Shown: positions 1 to 13,775 of the stretch, in pieces | How the letters are laid out: the number at the start of each line of letters is the position of its first letter | Numbering within the stretch: position 1 is the stretch's first letter | Assembly: GCF_964355755.1 (NCBI RefSeq) | Contig: NC_092674.1 | Location: forward strand, 10,912,001 to 10,976,000 | Origin: Antedon mediterranea | Lineage: Eukaryota > Animalia > Echinodermata | Reading direction: 5' to 3' | DNA: 64,000 nt | Notes under the pieces: generated by a model | The model's database searches: none | What the model was told of the DNA's origin: nothing | The model's input: only the letters and a program-made list of their open reading frames with translations | Program-made: the position numbers and the translations under genes

Positions 1-392
1 TTAGGTGTTGTAGACGTACCAGGCTCGACTTTCATCACAGCCTTAGTATCAACTGAGTTAACCTCTGGTGAAGCAGAGGTTGTTGCAGACGCTGCAGTAG
101 CATTGCCCTTCCCACCCGTTGCTCCGCCACTATTAGCCTTCGAGGGGGCAGGCGTGTCAGTTTCCATTTTAACGCCCGTCATGCTCATGGTACAGCTATC
201 CGACGTAGTGGTACCGGGTTCGGTTTTAATTTGAACGATGTTGGCCTTGGAATCCTGTGACATGCTACTACTAAGGAACGGTTTATCACCGGTGTCGTTA
301 GGAAGGTTTGCGTCAGCTACTGAAGGTGGGTTGCTTTTGCCTCGTGATAGCCCTTCTGACTTGCCATCTGTTGATACTGTTGTCTCAGAGCC
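1..392 (-). CDS. CREBBP: CBP/p300 coding exon 12 (partial, runs off the left edge), CRD1-like SUMO-motif region
   Basis: Acceptor tattgtatag at 394-393; open frame GSETTVSTDGK...IKTEP...VKMET...MKVEP to the window edge; three psi-K-x-E motifs as expected just before the bromodomain. Confidence 0.85.
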
Positions 393-1413
393 CTATACAA
401 TAAAACAACATTATTATCATATCAATTCAAAGTCTTTGTACTGTATTTGAATTCATTTGTCATGTTTTTGGGGGACAATACACATTTAAAGGCCAAGTGC
501 GGGCAAAAAATTTCTATTGATCATACATTCCAATAATTATCGATCTTTAGTTTCCCCTATGTTTCATAATTTTTTGGATTTTATTTGTGTTACACGAGCT
601 TGTTGAAAATAAGCACTTTCTTATCAGTGGGGGGATAGTTCAAATTACACAATAAAATCTCTAATCTTTTGTACACAAATTTTGTAAATAGAGAGGCAAT
701 TTAAAAAGCTATGAAAAATAAACGGTGTGGTAAAAAATGTAGGTAATATAACTTGAATATTACATTTCTGATATTTTTATTCAACTTCAGATTTTTATTT
801 TCATGCTATAGCAAAAGTTATCCACTGTATATCCACCATCTTTTTTCCCCGTCTAGGGAGTCTATCAGACATGTTATTACATTAGGTTAACTACCTAACT
901 ACTGAAAAAAAGTCTTCCTGGTTTTTATTGAAGAATTATGCCAAATTTTGTATTTGACCATATTAAGGGAAATTCTTGTTTTTTGTCTCGATTTCTGTTA
1001 CAAATATTTGATTTATGTACAATTAACCAAATATTATATTTAAAATTCATGCCTGTACCTGAGCTTTAAGAATAAGATCATGCTGTGTTACAAAACTTTC
1101 TTACTAAACAAACATGAAAAATGAAGATTAATAAAAACAGACATTTTGCAGTTTTAATAAAGTTATTCACTTCTGTAAAAAAAAAAACAACAAAAATATT
1201 TCACTTAGAAATACAAAGGAAACGTTTAATTTTAAACAAAAATTTTTTCTTTAAATTACATTTTTTCAGGTAAATAATTTTTTTTTTCTATCTTGTTTTC
1301 TGTCAACATTCCATAAAAATCACAGTGGACATTATATGGTATAGCTGGACTCTATTTTATTTCAGAGTATACAAGCACATTGTGCCAACTTGACCTATAG
1401 CAGGTCAACTCTC

Positions 1414-1698
1414 AAGCCAGCTTTCCACTAGCCAAATTTGTTTGTGTGAATCAAAAGGGTCAACTTATACGCAAGTGAATTTATATTTTCATCTCCAAAT
1501 CCCTATCTGCAACAAATTCTAGATTCTTGAGTTTTTTTTTGCAGTGAAATTAGTATTTGGGATAGTTTCTACTTTTTACAAAGCGAAAACAAATTATACA
1601 ACCAATCAGATTCAGGAATTGAGTTATGATGCATTCTCATGTATGGAAAGATAGCGTTTGTTATTCACACAAAAAAAAATCTAGTGGAAAACAGGCTT
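1414..1698. mobile_element. Harbinger-like MITE
   Basis: Imperfect TIRs AAGCCAGCTTTCCACTAG / CTAGTGGAAAACAGGCTT; a similar end occurs at about 45836. Confidence 0.5.
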
Positions 1699-1720
1699 TA
1701 TAAAATAACCATGAACTTAC

Positions 1721-1957
1721 AATATTATCAATGTTAACTCCAGATGAAAGTGCATTTGGCATCATTTTACCATCACTTTGCATGGAACTTTTACCACCTT
1801 TGTCTCCTACTCCTCCACCTTTACTAGCACCAGCATTACCAAGTTGAGGAGGAGCAGATATAGGTAATGCATTGTGGGATGAGCCCACACTACTTTGAGA
1901 CATGGTTGGAGATGGTATAGGTTGATTAGGGAGGCTATTGTTGCCTTGAATTGGCAT
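1721..1957 (-). CDS. CREBBP: CBP/p300 coding exon 11
   Basis: Acceptor tttgtgacag, donor GTAAGT; 237 nt, phase 0-0, inside ORF 1661..1957. Confidence 0.85.
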
Positions 1958-2325
1958 CTGTCACAAAGAAAATATACATATAATTAGATGCCTAAACACA
2001 TAATAATGTACATTCATGATAAACAGTCAACAGTCACAGTAACAGACTGGCCTGCTGAATTTTTCTAGTTTTTATCAGTGAATAATAATTATAATAAGTA
2101 ATTGTAATCTTATAGCCACTTTTTATCTATGACTATTTTGTGTTGTTGTAGTGTTGGTGCAATTTTTAAATCGACAAATAAATATTTTATTTTTATAATT
2201 TTTTGACAAATAAAACATATATTTCTTTGTTTGTTTAACAGGAAAGAATTCCCTTAATAGGGCGACACAAAATAGGGGTTAAACTGTATTTTAAAAAACC
2301 CAAACAAAAACAGAGTAAAGCTCAC

Positions 2326-2570
2326 CACTGGCTGACTGATGTTATTTTGAGTTGCTGTTTGGCTTGGTGATGTCATGGGGGGTTGCATCTGGGGTCTAGG
2401 TGGGGGCATTGACATTGGACTTGTGAGGCCTGGTTGTCCCATTTGAGGTATCTGTGGGAAGTTGGCAAACGGATTTGGATTTGCTTGAGTAGATGGCGGC
2501 GTGTTCATACGTGTTGGCGCCATCACACCAGGAACTCCAGGGGCTTGTCCAGGCAAAGCAGTTGGACCAT
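2326..2570 (-). CDS. CREBBP: CBP/p300 coding exon 10, P/Q/M-rich region
   Basis: Acceptor aatttcag, donor GTGAGC; 245 nt, phase 1-0, inside ORF 2254..2589. Confidence 0.88.
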
Positions 2571-2761
2571 CTGAAATTATGAAACACACAAATTATATAT
2601 TTTATGCAGTGATTAAAAGTGAAAGCATTTTTTATAATATACAAAAAATAAGCCACGTTGTGATACAGTAACTCATGGACTGAGGTTTATGTATTGAATA
2701 TTGAAAATAGTAAAATATGAATTTTTTTCTCATAGACACAAATAATATTCTAGACACTTAC

Positions 2762-2957
2762 TGAGCATGGGCATTCTGTTCGAAAGCGTGTGCGAGGAAG
2801 AAAGCATTTTCGCCGTAGCTTGCATGGAAGGCACCTGAGATGGTGTAGGTTGAGGTGAGCCAGTCGCACTCTGGTCCTGTATTCGTTTCATTCGTTTTTC
2901 TTCTAATTCTTTTTGAATTTTATAGATTTTCTCCGCAAGAAGATGATAATATTCTTC
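2762..2957 (-). CDS. CREBBP: CBP/p300 coding exon 9, KIX helix 3
   Basis: EEYYHLLAEKIYKIQKELEEKRMKR; acceptor cccaacag, donor GTAAGT; 196 nt. Confidence 0.96.
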
Positions 2958-3358
2958 CTGTTGGGATATAAATAGTAATGTTGTGATTTCAATTCATGTC
3001 ACCAGTGTTATACTAAAGTTTAACAGTGTTTTTGGATACTTGTGACTTGTTTTATTTGATAAAATTGTCAGTATTATATCCAAAAACATGAAAAATAAAA
3101 TAGGCCATTTTGGATATCAATAAAATTATTCACGTAACTGGAAAAAAAAACCAACAAAATAATTTTTTTTTTATAAAGACAAACTAAACAGTTACATTAA
3201 CCAGAAACCAGGAAAACAAATTATGGGATATTAGGTCAATAATTTTTTTTTTTTGATCTTTGGTCAAGTTTAATAATTATGTTTTAAAATTCTTATTCAG
3301 GGGGAAAATATATCTTTACTACAAAAATTCGTCACAACTGAATTAGAATAACACTTAC

Positions 3359-3476
3359 CCTACTACTAGCTGTCTCGTACATATCTTTCTCCACCTTGCG
3401 TGCATATGCTACTAAATTTGCCATACGCCTATCTCTAACAGCTGCGGGATCAGGGGAGGGGAATATTGCTTGAACT
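3359..3476 (-). CDS. CREBBP: CBP/p300 coding exon 8, KIX core
   Basis: [39 protein letters not shown]; acceptor actttgcag, donor GTAAGT; 118 nt. Confidence 0.96.
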
Positions 3477-4264
3477 CTGCAAAGTAGAAACATTGATAAT
3501 AAAACAGTAGCACTTTATATAAGTGTAACATTACTAAAAATCTCAAATGTAATTTCCTTTACACTAGTTGTAAACAAAATAAAGAATGTAAAATGATCTG
3601 ATGCAAGTTTTAGATAATTCTCTTAGACAAGTTCTTTGATATCATAGGCTATTTTTCATTCGATAGCCATCAGGTTACCCCATGTCTGGGACCATCTTCC
3701 CAGACCGTTATCAGATGCTGCAGTCCTAGAAAGCCCATCAGCCTTCATTAGAAAAGTTCACATTCATTTTGATTCGCTTTAACTGTATTTTGTTTTTATG
3801 TCTTTTTTATGTGTAAACTGACTTTAGGGTTGGGACAACCGGCTCAGCTACAGTGATTAAGTTCACTTAGGTTGACCCCGGTCTCCCCAATTTCAGTTTT
3901 TTGTTGTTGTTATGTATATATTAAAATAGACCGAATAAATAATGAAATGAAATAGGCCATAAGCCTAACCTAAAAACAATACAGGATCACATATGATACA
4001 TATGAAACGCTATGATACTGAGGCAATGTTATATGTGAACAGTACTGTACAGTAAATTGGCTGATTTTTGTATATTGTTTATAAAATTCTATATTTCATT
4101 TACATTTATCTTTTTATTTCGGAATAACATGGTGACATAAATATTATATCCATAGCAAAAGAGAGAAAAAAAAATCTTAATCTAACAGCTCATAGAACAA
4201 AAACAAAGATATGTAAATATATAAAGTCAATGCAACAAAGCATTCCATTGTATATAAAACTTAC

Positions 4265-4373
4265 AACTTATGAACCAAGTGATTACGGAGATCCTGGGTG
4301 ACGTGGCTGTGCCACGGCTGTGATTTCGCCGCTGCAATTGATGCAAGATTCGTTGAACCACCTAAAAGATCAT
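4265..4373 (-). CDS. CREBBP: CBP/p300 coding exon 7, start of KIX domain
   Basis: Translates ...QPWHSHVTQDLRNHLVHKL; acceptor tttacag, donor GTAAGT, ends phase 2. Not in the ORF track. Confidence 0.95.
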
Positions 4374-4996
4374 CTGTAAATCAAAACAAAAGAAGTATAA
4401 AGACAAAGAATTTAATTATCAAAAATTAATGTATGCAATAGCATAGTCATAACAAAACATTATTTCTATTGTTGAAATGTCTCTGTGCGACAACTAAAAA
4501 TAAATAGTCAACCCTCCAAATACAAACATTTCTCTTTCCCCCACCCGCAAATTCAAACTCTTCTAAACTCTCTTCTAAAAAAAGATTCTAAATTATTTGT
4601 TACCATTAAAACATATTTGGAATCCCCAATTTTTTGGAGCAAGTCCAAGGGTTGTTTGGTAATAGAGTGAATTATCATGAACACTTTTATAGTGCACATT
4701 TCTAAGACATTAATCACAACTACCATCATAACATTGGTTTAGATCACTGGGTAAATTCTTCCACATTTTAGGCACAGATAAAGAATTGACTGAATTGTAA
4801 AATCATAGGTCATTTATTTTAACTGGTGGCCATGACTTAAAGATTCTTTGCAATCTTCTTATGGTGACCTACCACACACTGTATTACTACATATACTTAT
4901 ATCTTTCAATTATTTGTCTTACTTTGTATTAAAATGTGTGTAACCAATAAAACAAACTAACAAACACACTACAAAATAACTTTTTATTCAACTTAC

Positions 4997-5155
4997 TTGA
5001 AGTCATGCCGGTGTGTTTCAATCCTAGTCGATCCAATGTCCTTGCAATATCTTGCGACAATGCTGGATTTGGGTTCATATGAGTAGCCAACGCAGACGGC
5101 GGTGGATTAGGTCCCATAGCAGGGTTACCTGCAGCCTGCTTTAACAACAGGGCAG
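4997..5155 (-). CDS. CREBBP: CBP/p300 coding exon 6, TAZ1-KIX linker
   Basis: Acceptor gtttatag, donor GTAAGT; 159 nt, phase 1-1; SQDIARTLDRLGL resembles CBP SSMQRAYAALGL. Confidence 0.85.
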
Positions 5156-5798
5156 CTATAAACAAATAACAAATAAATATATATATATAATATATTTTAC
5201 GTTAAACAAAAAAACAGTCAGCTATCTTTAAGACACCTTCAATATAAAGATCATTGTAACAATAAATAAGTTTTAAAAAGAGAAAATAATTGAATGCCTA
5301 TATCAACTAAATGCAAAATTGTGTTTATTACAACACGTTCTCCACACATATAAAAACATAATAATAATATTAATAATAAAAAACAAGTTCGAGGCAAAAA
5401 GTGAAAACAATGTATGTGTGGAAGAAAACTTGATACCAAGACTTCCAGAAATAAATATTGGGCACTTCAAGAGATAATATAATGCTATTCTATAAACAAA
5501 CAACATAATAAAAAAAAAATGGGGAAAGGAGAAAAGGAGGAGAAATTAAGCTTTGTCTACATTACCAAACTATGTGACAAAAAAATGTGATGTGTCCATA
5601 AATGGACACGATGATGTCATCACTTTATTTTTCAAACTAGTTTGATAGTGTAGATAGAGCTTTATACTTGAATATAAAAAAAAACATCAAATGGTTTCAT
5701 AAGGTACACTGTTCTAGGAATTAGACTGTAAACATTAATGTACTGTACAATGCTGTGGACATTTAATGAAACACGTAATCTATCTGAATTAAAATTAC

Positions 5799-5912
5799 CT
5801 TGAGTTCTTGATCTGTCGGAGGCGTTCTTTAAAGGCAAACATACAGGACAGTCACTACGAGTACAATTCTTCCAATGTGAGATTATTTGACGTGATGATG
5901 CGCAGTGAGGTA
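5799..5912 (-). CDS. CREBBP: CBP/p300 coding exon 5, TAZ1 C-terminal part
   Basis: [33 protein letters not shown]; acceptor tttttgtag, donor GTAATT; 114 nt, phase 1-1. Confidence 0.96.
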
Positions 5913-6155
5913 CTACAAAAAAGAAAACAAGATTACTAATAGATGTGTTCTCATTAAAATAAGACAATAGTTGTATGGCAATAAACAGGGTAGTTAGGTA
6001 CACTACACCGTGTGTTTCCAAAAAAAAAAAAAATGTTGAATGTTTCTACAAACGAAATTTTAATTTAATTACCTTGTAAATTTATTTTTACACTTAATAT
6101 AATTTATGTAATTTATTTGATGCACTGTTTGTCTTGTAATTGTGATGTATTAATT

Positions 6156-6227
6156 ATGTAAAGCGCCTTTGAACATGATTATTCATGAAAAAGGCGCTAT
6201 AGAAATGTGGTATTATTATTATTATTA
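6156..6227 (+). mobile_element. 3' tail of an L2/CR1-type LINE or partner SINE
   Basis: TGTAAAGCGCCTTT...AAAGGCGCTATAGAAAT stem-loop followed by a (TAT)n tail. Confidence 0.55.
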
Positions 6228-8128
6228 TGTAAAGTTTAGGCTAAAATATATATGTTGCGTGTGAACTAAACCTAAACCAGACTCATTACAGTAGTTCACA
6301 CTGGACAAGGAAAGAACTATAGGTGTTTGCACTATAACAATAAAGATAGGTAAAATCTAATTAGGCCAACAACAAAATTCTAATAAAACAATTAACTACA
6401 TTTTAAAAATAAAATCAAGGATACACCCTACTTATTATCTCATTTAGAAAAATGAGTTTTATACCTTAGTTAGAGAAATTAATTAACAATTATAATTAGG
6501 TTACAAAGTAGAGTCAATAGCATTAATGTCCATGTGTGTCATGCTTGAATGAACTTACCAATACAGTGAGATTTAAATTCAATAGAAAATCAAACCGCCT
6601 TACAAGTTACAAACACAAAAACAAGGATACAATTAATTAGTATTCAGACTCTTCTACTTCAAAGATACCAATACAATCAAAATTAAGACACAAGCTAAAG
6701 AGATCGACACCCAACATTTCTTTGTTCTCAAAATTATTAGATATCCTGAAAATATGTTGTTTTTTAAAATTGCTTTGTGCGTATATTATAAGCAGTTTTG
6801 TAGATGTTTTTCTAATAATATATTTTTAATATATTTTGCAGTTATAAATAATTAATTTGTACTCTCTTGGTACTCTTCTAGAATTTAATGCTTTTGGATA
6901 ACATTATTTATCAATTTTTTAACATTGATTTACCAACCTTTAATAATTATAATTACTGTATTTGAATTAGAAGAATGTTTTATTCTTGTTTTTTTAAATG
7001 AAAGAACTACCATCAATTATTTGATTTAGTGATTTTATATAAGTATAAGTTTTAAAATTGAGGGTTAAAAAAATCATCAGCCATTCTTGATGTGATAATC
7101 CCTATTATTGTAGCACAAACAAAGCTATACTAGGATTGGGCTGAATTTTAACCAGAATACCGGGGTAACCCACTTCCCATTACAAAAGATGCCTTAGGTT
7201 CTTTACAGTGAAGAACTCTGAATAAAAAACATTGAATTGAATATGCCATTTTGTACAAAGTTATTAACTTCCACAGAAATAAAAAGTGGATAAAAAATAA
7301 ATCTAAACAGAGAGCTATTGTCTGATAGAACGGACTTGACCAACTTTTTTTTTCCAATCCCATGTAAACAAAAATGAATGACAATTATTTTACATTAAAA
7401 TGGTCCGTCCAACAAAGCATTTAAAAAATATATAAAATAATATAAATTTATAATTGATTTAAATTGAACGGAAACATGTCCGTTCTCATTGCTATTACAA
7501 CATTCTACACATGATTTGTCCACATGTAAACAAATATTTTTCTTGTAGGTCTAAGCTTAAACAACACTACGGTAGTTTGTATAAATTCACATTGCTATTG
7601 ATAATAACAATTTGCTCTTAAAGAAAGTGCAGCAAAGAACTATGCATTTTCTACTTCAGCTATTTCTATTGTAACCTTCAATAACAACAAATCAAAGGCC
7701 TTGACCTTGTTGACCTATTTTTGCAAAATTATACAAATTCAAAACTAAATGTGATATACTCTACAATTTGTATTATTAGGCCTACTTTTATTAAGTAACA
7801 GAACATAAAGGAATATACTGTATGCAATTGGTTAGACTTAATTCATAATTAATAATTATTATTTTATTTGTTTTCCAATAAATTTTGTATTGCTTTACCA
7901 TGTATAGATTGTATGAATGAAATCAATTTAAATTTTTGAAGGGCAAAAAACGGTTGATTCAGAAAATTATTATTGTTAAATAACAGATAAAAATTGGTAA
8001 ATATCATGGATATTATTAGGATTACATCAAAAATGAAAAATAACATTTAATTAGAATTAATAATAGGGCAAAACTAACATTTTAACAAGTTGGTTTATAT
8101 TTTAAGGATAATGGTCTACACTATTTAC

Positions 8129-8369
8129 CTGTACAGTTTTTGCCAGCTTGACAATGCGTCATGTGATTGAGTACATTTTTCATGGTCCGACAGTGTGGAA
8201 GTGAGCATTGTTTTAATTCACCGTTAGCCTGGCTTTCCCTCCGCTGACACTTGTGTGCATGTAGAAGGAGCACTAGCTGCTGCTGTATAAGTTTTCTTTT
8301 CTCAGGATCGGCTGTTGGCGTTTGAGTTGCGTTCGGGCCCATAGCAGTTTGCGCAGTCTGAGGCATATT
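8129..8369 (-). CDS. CREBBP: CBP/p300 coding exon 4, TAZ1 zinc finger N-terminal part
   Basis: [26 protein letters not shown]...[23 protein letters not shown] is the CBP TAZ1 signature; acceptor ttttgcag, donor GTAAAT. Confidence 0.97.
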
Positions 8370-8937
8370 CTGCAAAACACACATCAAGCATTTATAGCAA
8401 AATGGTAATTTTATGATTTTGAAAATACTTTTATTGTCATCGCTAGTTACAGCACAATCAATCTTTCTTAACTGCTATCAGCCTGTCAGTGTATAATACA
8501 CTACAAATCATACACTATTCAATTTCAGCTAAATCATTTTCCTTCACAAGTAATCTGATCTACATATATCATCCAGTACAATAATGCTTGCTATAGTAAC
8601 ATGAATGATATCATATATTTTATGAATGTTTAATTTCATAGGATAAAAACAGTGATGAAAAATGTGTAGCAGAAATATATTGTAGTAAAAAAAATAATTA
8701 AAAAATTATCACAGGAATTCTTAACATTATACCAATGGTCTAGTAAAAATGTTTTACCGGTCCATATTCAATTTTATTTACCAACCTTGTTTTAAAGATT
8801 ATTAGTGCGTAAACAACAAAATATTGACTAGCCAAAACAAGTTAATTGGAGATTATAGACTAGTCATAGATTTTACTGGATATTGGACCAGTATAGTACT
8901 CAATTAAACACAGAGTATAAACAATATAATAACTTAC

Positions 8938-9393
8938 CATTCCAACATTACCAACTGGGTTAAGATTAGCAGTCATATCATTGGTCATCCTTTGGGATGC
9001 CTGAAGGTTCGACGCCATTCCACCGGCCATACTGGCCGCAAGACTTGGCTGTGCCTGCATGTTGTTAGGCATCACGCCACCGAGTCCGCTGTTAATACTA
9101 TTACCCATGTTTCCTGTGGCCATGTTGCCGAAATTGCCAGTGATATTGCCTGGAATTCGATTGACCATTGTATTACCGGCCATTCCAGCCATATTACCAG
9201 CAACGTTGCCTGGCATGTTACCAGCCATAGCATTTGACAGTTGGTTAGGCATCATGGTGGAGGTGGTTATTGTACCGGCAAATGAGTACTGCTGTAGCAT
9301 GTTCACTGCTGGTACATTAACATTGGAAGTTGAGAAGTGAAATGGGTTATTTCCAGCCTGGCCCATTTGGCCCGTGTTAACTGGCATACCAAC
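8938..9393 (-). CDS. CREBBP: CBP/p300 coding exon 3, N/M/G-rich low-complexity region
   Basis: Acceptor attatcacag, donor GTAAGT, 456 nt open in phase 0-0 inside ORF 8860..9555. Confidence 0.85.
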
Positions 9394-11886
9394 CTGTGAT
9401 AATAAACAAAATACAAAATTGAAATACTGTATTGGCAATATTTTATATGTAAAAATATTAAGAAAAAACAAGCCTTCTCTTTTATAAATTAAAGCTGTAT
9501 TGTTCTCCATAACATGAAAAATAAAGATGAATAAATCAAACTTGAAATAGGTCATTTTGTAATTTTAATCAGCTATTCACTTTTTCGTCACAAAAAAAAC
9601 CCATCATGATTATAAATGGTTGTATTTAACATAAATCGAATTACAAGTTTTTCACTGTTCAGATACAGTTTTCGGTTGATGATTTTCTCCCTTAAATTAC
9701 AGTTTAGTGTTTGCCTTGAAAGAATAATAAATCTCACATTAAAATGGCCTATTACAAAAAAAATGAATGTAAACTTTTTTTTCAGGGGTACAATTACTGT
9801 AACTTAAATTTTTCCCAAATTCCTTATATACTACAGTTCAGATAAAGACCAAATTTGGAAACCACAACTAAATTATTAAGAGACAGGTAAAAATATAAAA
9901 TGTCACTCAGCCCATTGTACATTATTGTAGGTTACTACAATACAACCATTATTTTTTGTATAAAATTGTAAATTTATCTATAAAAATGGTAAAAATATAA
10001 ATAAAATTGAAAATCAATATTAATACTAAATTATGATATAATGGAATTATTGAACATAATAAACAAAGAAAAACTTGTTGCGTGTTTATCAGACACAAAG
10101 AAAAAGGAAATAACCAATTAATTGTCTTCAATGGTGTGCGTATAAAAAAACACCAAGTGAGTATGACCTGAATATTACATACTGTATAGCCTTCTGTTTC
10201 TTTCTAAAATTTGAAATACAATTTATTTATGACACTGACCTTAATGCACAAATAAGGATAGTATTTTGAACTCTTTTTTTAACATGATGCTTTTTATTTA
10301 AGCAATTCAGTTATATAGGTATATTTTCAATAATTATTGAATTCATTATTTTTTATATAATTTATAAATACCGGTAACTGTTAGTACTGTAGTAGTAGTA
10401 CTGTAAGTAGATTTGCTTAATATATTTTGCATTTAATTATACAATACCACAAAAAGGGTGTGGCATTAACAAAAAGGGTGTGGCATTAACAAATTGCTTA
10501 TCACTACAGTACAGTAGTACTAAATGATGAATACAGTTTACATAACAAATACAGTACACCTAGTCTTATTGTACTACAGTATAACTTACTATTTTAAAGA
10601 TCAGACAGTTACAGCACAAGACTACTGGTATTGTTAAAGTTAAAATAGACCTTGTTTCTACTACTGTCCAGTTGTAGTGCACTGTATCTCCAATGTTATG
10701 GTTTACCCTTCATATTGTTATTATGGATGCCTATGCAAAGTATTAACTATTAAATAATATACAATTTTATCAAGCTATTTACAGCATATTTCATTATTTG
10801 ATATTGATACTAGTGGAGAAGATCATAAGGTTTACATGTGGCTCTGGTGCAACATGACTACAAGGTAGTGTTTAACTACATAGTACTACAGTATTGAAGG
10901 GATTTCCCCATTTCCTTGATTGGTTGGTCGATGTTGACCTTTGTCTATGGATTTACATATACACACAAGAGGTTACCCAGTATAAAATATAAATTTCAAT
11001 CAATAGGCATGTTTTCATACAGCATGTGGATCGAGGGCAAGTAGCAAATGTCTAGTTTTTTAAATATAAATATTTGTTTTTAAATACCTACAGTACACTC
11101 AGTATCATTTTAAATTTCTGTAAAATATTAATTTATAATTCTTTACTATAGTAAACAGATAACTTAAAAGTTATCAGGGATTTTAACTTGTTCAATTTTA
11201 ACATTCATCTATAATATTTTGTATTCAATTTTTTATTTAAAAAAAAAAACAATACAAAATCTGCTTGGCAACAGTAGATTTACATTTACATTATAAAATA
11301 CAGTAAAAACATTCTTAATATTTAGATCCCTCAAAAACGCTAAAGTCAGTCAGTACTTATGGATGAAGCTCAATTTTTAACTTTTATATTGTTTGGCATC
11401 ATTGCAAATTGACAACCTTTTATTAGAAAGTATACTACTACTATAGTAGTATAATATTAATAATCACTAAATAGTGTGATAACAATTTTGTAATTTAAAT
11501 ATAGTTACTCTTAGTTTAGAACATTAAACATTAGTTTAGAACATGACAATTTGTACATCATAACTGTATTGTACATTTTCATAATCTAAAAATACAAATG
11601 TCATAAAAAAAAACGGTATGAATAATAATGATCTTTCTTTATTGTAACCATTACCCATGCTTGATATGATAACACACATAACAGAGTCTTCTTTATTGTT
11701 TCAAATATCCCGATTCTGTCCTATTCAAACTACAGTACATTCTGAAAACCCTACTTTTCCCTATTACTTGCAGTTTGGCCAAATGCTCATCTTATCACTG
11801 GCCATGGTTCTTGAACATGTCTAAATTCTAACATTCAATAATAACTGCGTATAGCACTAATAAGAATTGAATTAAATTGTACATAC

Positions 11887-12599
11887 CTTTCCCATAGCTG
11901 CAGGATTGACCGCCACATTTTGCATGTTTCCCATAGCATGCTGTTGCTGCTGAGGAACAGATGACATTGAACTGGCTAAAATATTAGAGTTGTTTTGCAA
12001 CATACCTCCTGTACTGACATTTGTATTTCTATTAATGTTCATAGTATTACCCATATTACTATACGGGCCGGGGCCATTCATCATTATCGGTTTCATCTTA
12101 TTATTCATTAGGCTGCCTGGGCTCGCAGCAGCAGCATTAGTTGTCGTTGCTGATACCATCGTGGCTGGCATGCTCGCATTCACCGCCATAGCCAGTTTAT
12201 TTTTCTGCTGGCCAGTGTTGGGCAAACCGACACTGGGTGGTCGTGGTGAATTCATATTATTAGGCATAGGACTATTTGCACTGTTCATATTTGGGCTAGC
12301 ACTGACAGAGTGGGTCTGGTGCATTTGGGTTGGAGCTGGACTAGTACCAGATTTTGCATTCACATTGGAGTTAGAGGCATTGGAGGACACGCCTCCGCCA
12401 GTCCTTGCTGGAGATGCAAGCAGTTGGGAAAGTTGCTTGTTTTTCTTTAGTGTTTCTGACGCAGTGTCAGGTACTGATGTTTGAATAGTTCCATTTGATT
12501 CATTTTCAACCACTCCACTAGGATTATTTGCAGTGCTATCTCCAACTCCACTTGGTTGTATTAAGTCGTCTTGTAGATCATCCAGAAGACCAAAAAATT
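11887..12599 (-). CDS. CREBBP: CBP/p300 coding exon 2 (EFFGLLDDLQDDLI...KNKQLSQLL...AAMGK)
   Basis: Acceptor ttatcgccag, donor GTATGT; matches CBP motifs FDLENDLPDELI and KHKQLSELL (LxxLL); 713 nt, frame-compatible with both neighbours. Confidence 0.92.
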
Positions 12600-12825
12600 C
12601 TGGCGATAAAAAAAGAGCAAACAATCAAAAACAGTCTACAGTTAAATTCATGTCAGGTTTTGTTATTTACTAGGGTTAATTGGTGATCACTGGGTAGTTA
12701 TTGCTAACTTTTGTGGGTAGGGACAACTTACCCAGACCTGTCAAATAACTAAGCCTGTGTTATGAAAAATACTGTAATATCACGAAATAATTGGTTAACA
12801 TTATTAGTTGAAATTAATCTAAATA

Positions 12826-13775
12826 CAGTCGACCTTCTCATTTACACACTTCTCAATTACGAACCTTCTATTTTACGAACGCCGAACGATGACGTCATCA
12901 GTAATATAATAAAACTTTTACGTACCTACTAATTTATTATCTTCTTAATTTATTAAACTACCCCAAAACAATTATTTCATAAATAAAGCAAAGCTTATTA
13001 AAAACGATCCACGATTTATTTATAGTTTAAAAGTTGTCTATTCCTAGGCCGTTAGCTAGGCCTAGGCCGTTTAGTCTAGGCTTAAGCTAGAGATCATCAT
13101 CGCCACTACTGCACTGCTGGAGTGCATGGAGAGCACCCTGCACGTGTTTTTGAAAAAAACAAAGGTTGATCGCGAACTGCAAAAAAGGCTAGCTACGATG
13201 ACCATACTATCAATTTGGTTTGGTTTGTGCATGTGTTTACGATATAAAAAAACACTTGACTCTTATTTATTAACATTTTAAAACTTTAATGTCAGTCGTC
13301 GCGTAGCCATTTTTCTGGGAATTCCATTTTACTTGCATAGTTGTTGTCAAACACCACACATACATAGTAGCTTAAAAATGTAAATATTTGCGGTCCAGAA
13401 CGGATTTTATATTATTACTTTAGGAACAAGTTCGTAAATTACAGTTTGTGTCAAAATATGCATAATAAAAAGTAAACAATGGAATTTTGGTACAGAGAAT
13501 GTGTGTAACATAACAAAAAGCAGAAATATCAATCTTTTTGGCATTTAAGGTGTTAATTTACATGTTAAATTTAATTGTTTTATACTGTATTTTTAATACT
13601 GTTTGTTCTTTATAGTGTACTATACACAGTAAGTTTTACATAGGGCATTTTGTTTGGACATGTTTTTACCACTGATTTAATAGAGGGCGCTTTTTTCCGA
13701 ACCTTCTCATTTACGAACTTTTTCATTTACGAACGCCTCTCAGACCAAGGGGTACGTAAATGAGAAGGTCGACTG
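12826..13775. mobile_element. pogo/Tc1-mariner-type non-autonomous element, 950 bp, in CBP intron 1
   Basis: Perfect 20-bp TIRs CAGTCGACCTTCTCATTTAC, TA on both sides, subterminal TTCTCATTTACGAAC-like repeats. Confidence 0.9.

Noticed and set aside
490-1066. Old Kolobok-like MITE bounded by TTAA
   Set aside because: Putative TIRs match only about 7 of 11 bases; insufficient support.
3664-3952. Possible LINE 3' end with (TGAAA)n tail
   Set aside because: No coding remnant or second copy recognisable; left unannotated.
8992-12484. Plus-strand ORFs 8992..9237, 9059..9340 and 11990..12484
   Set aside because: Antisense shadows of low-complexity CBP exons.
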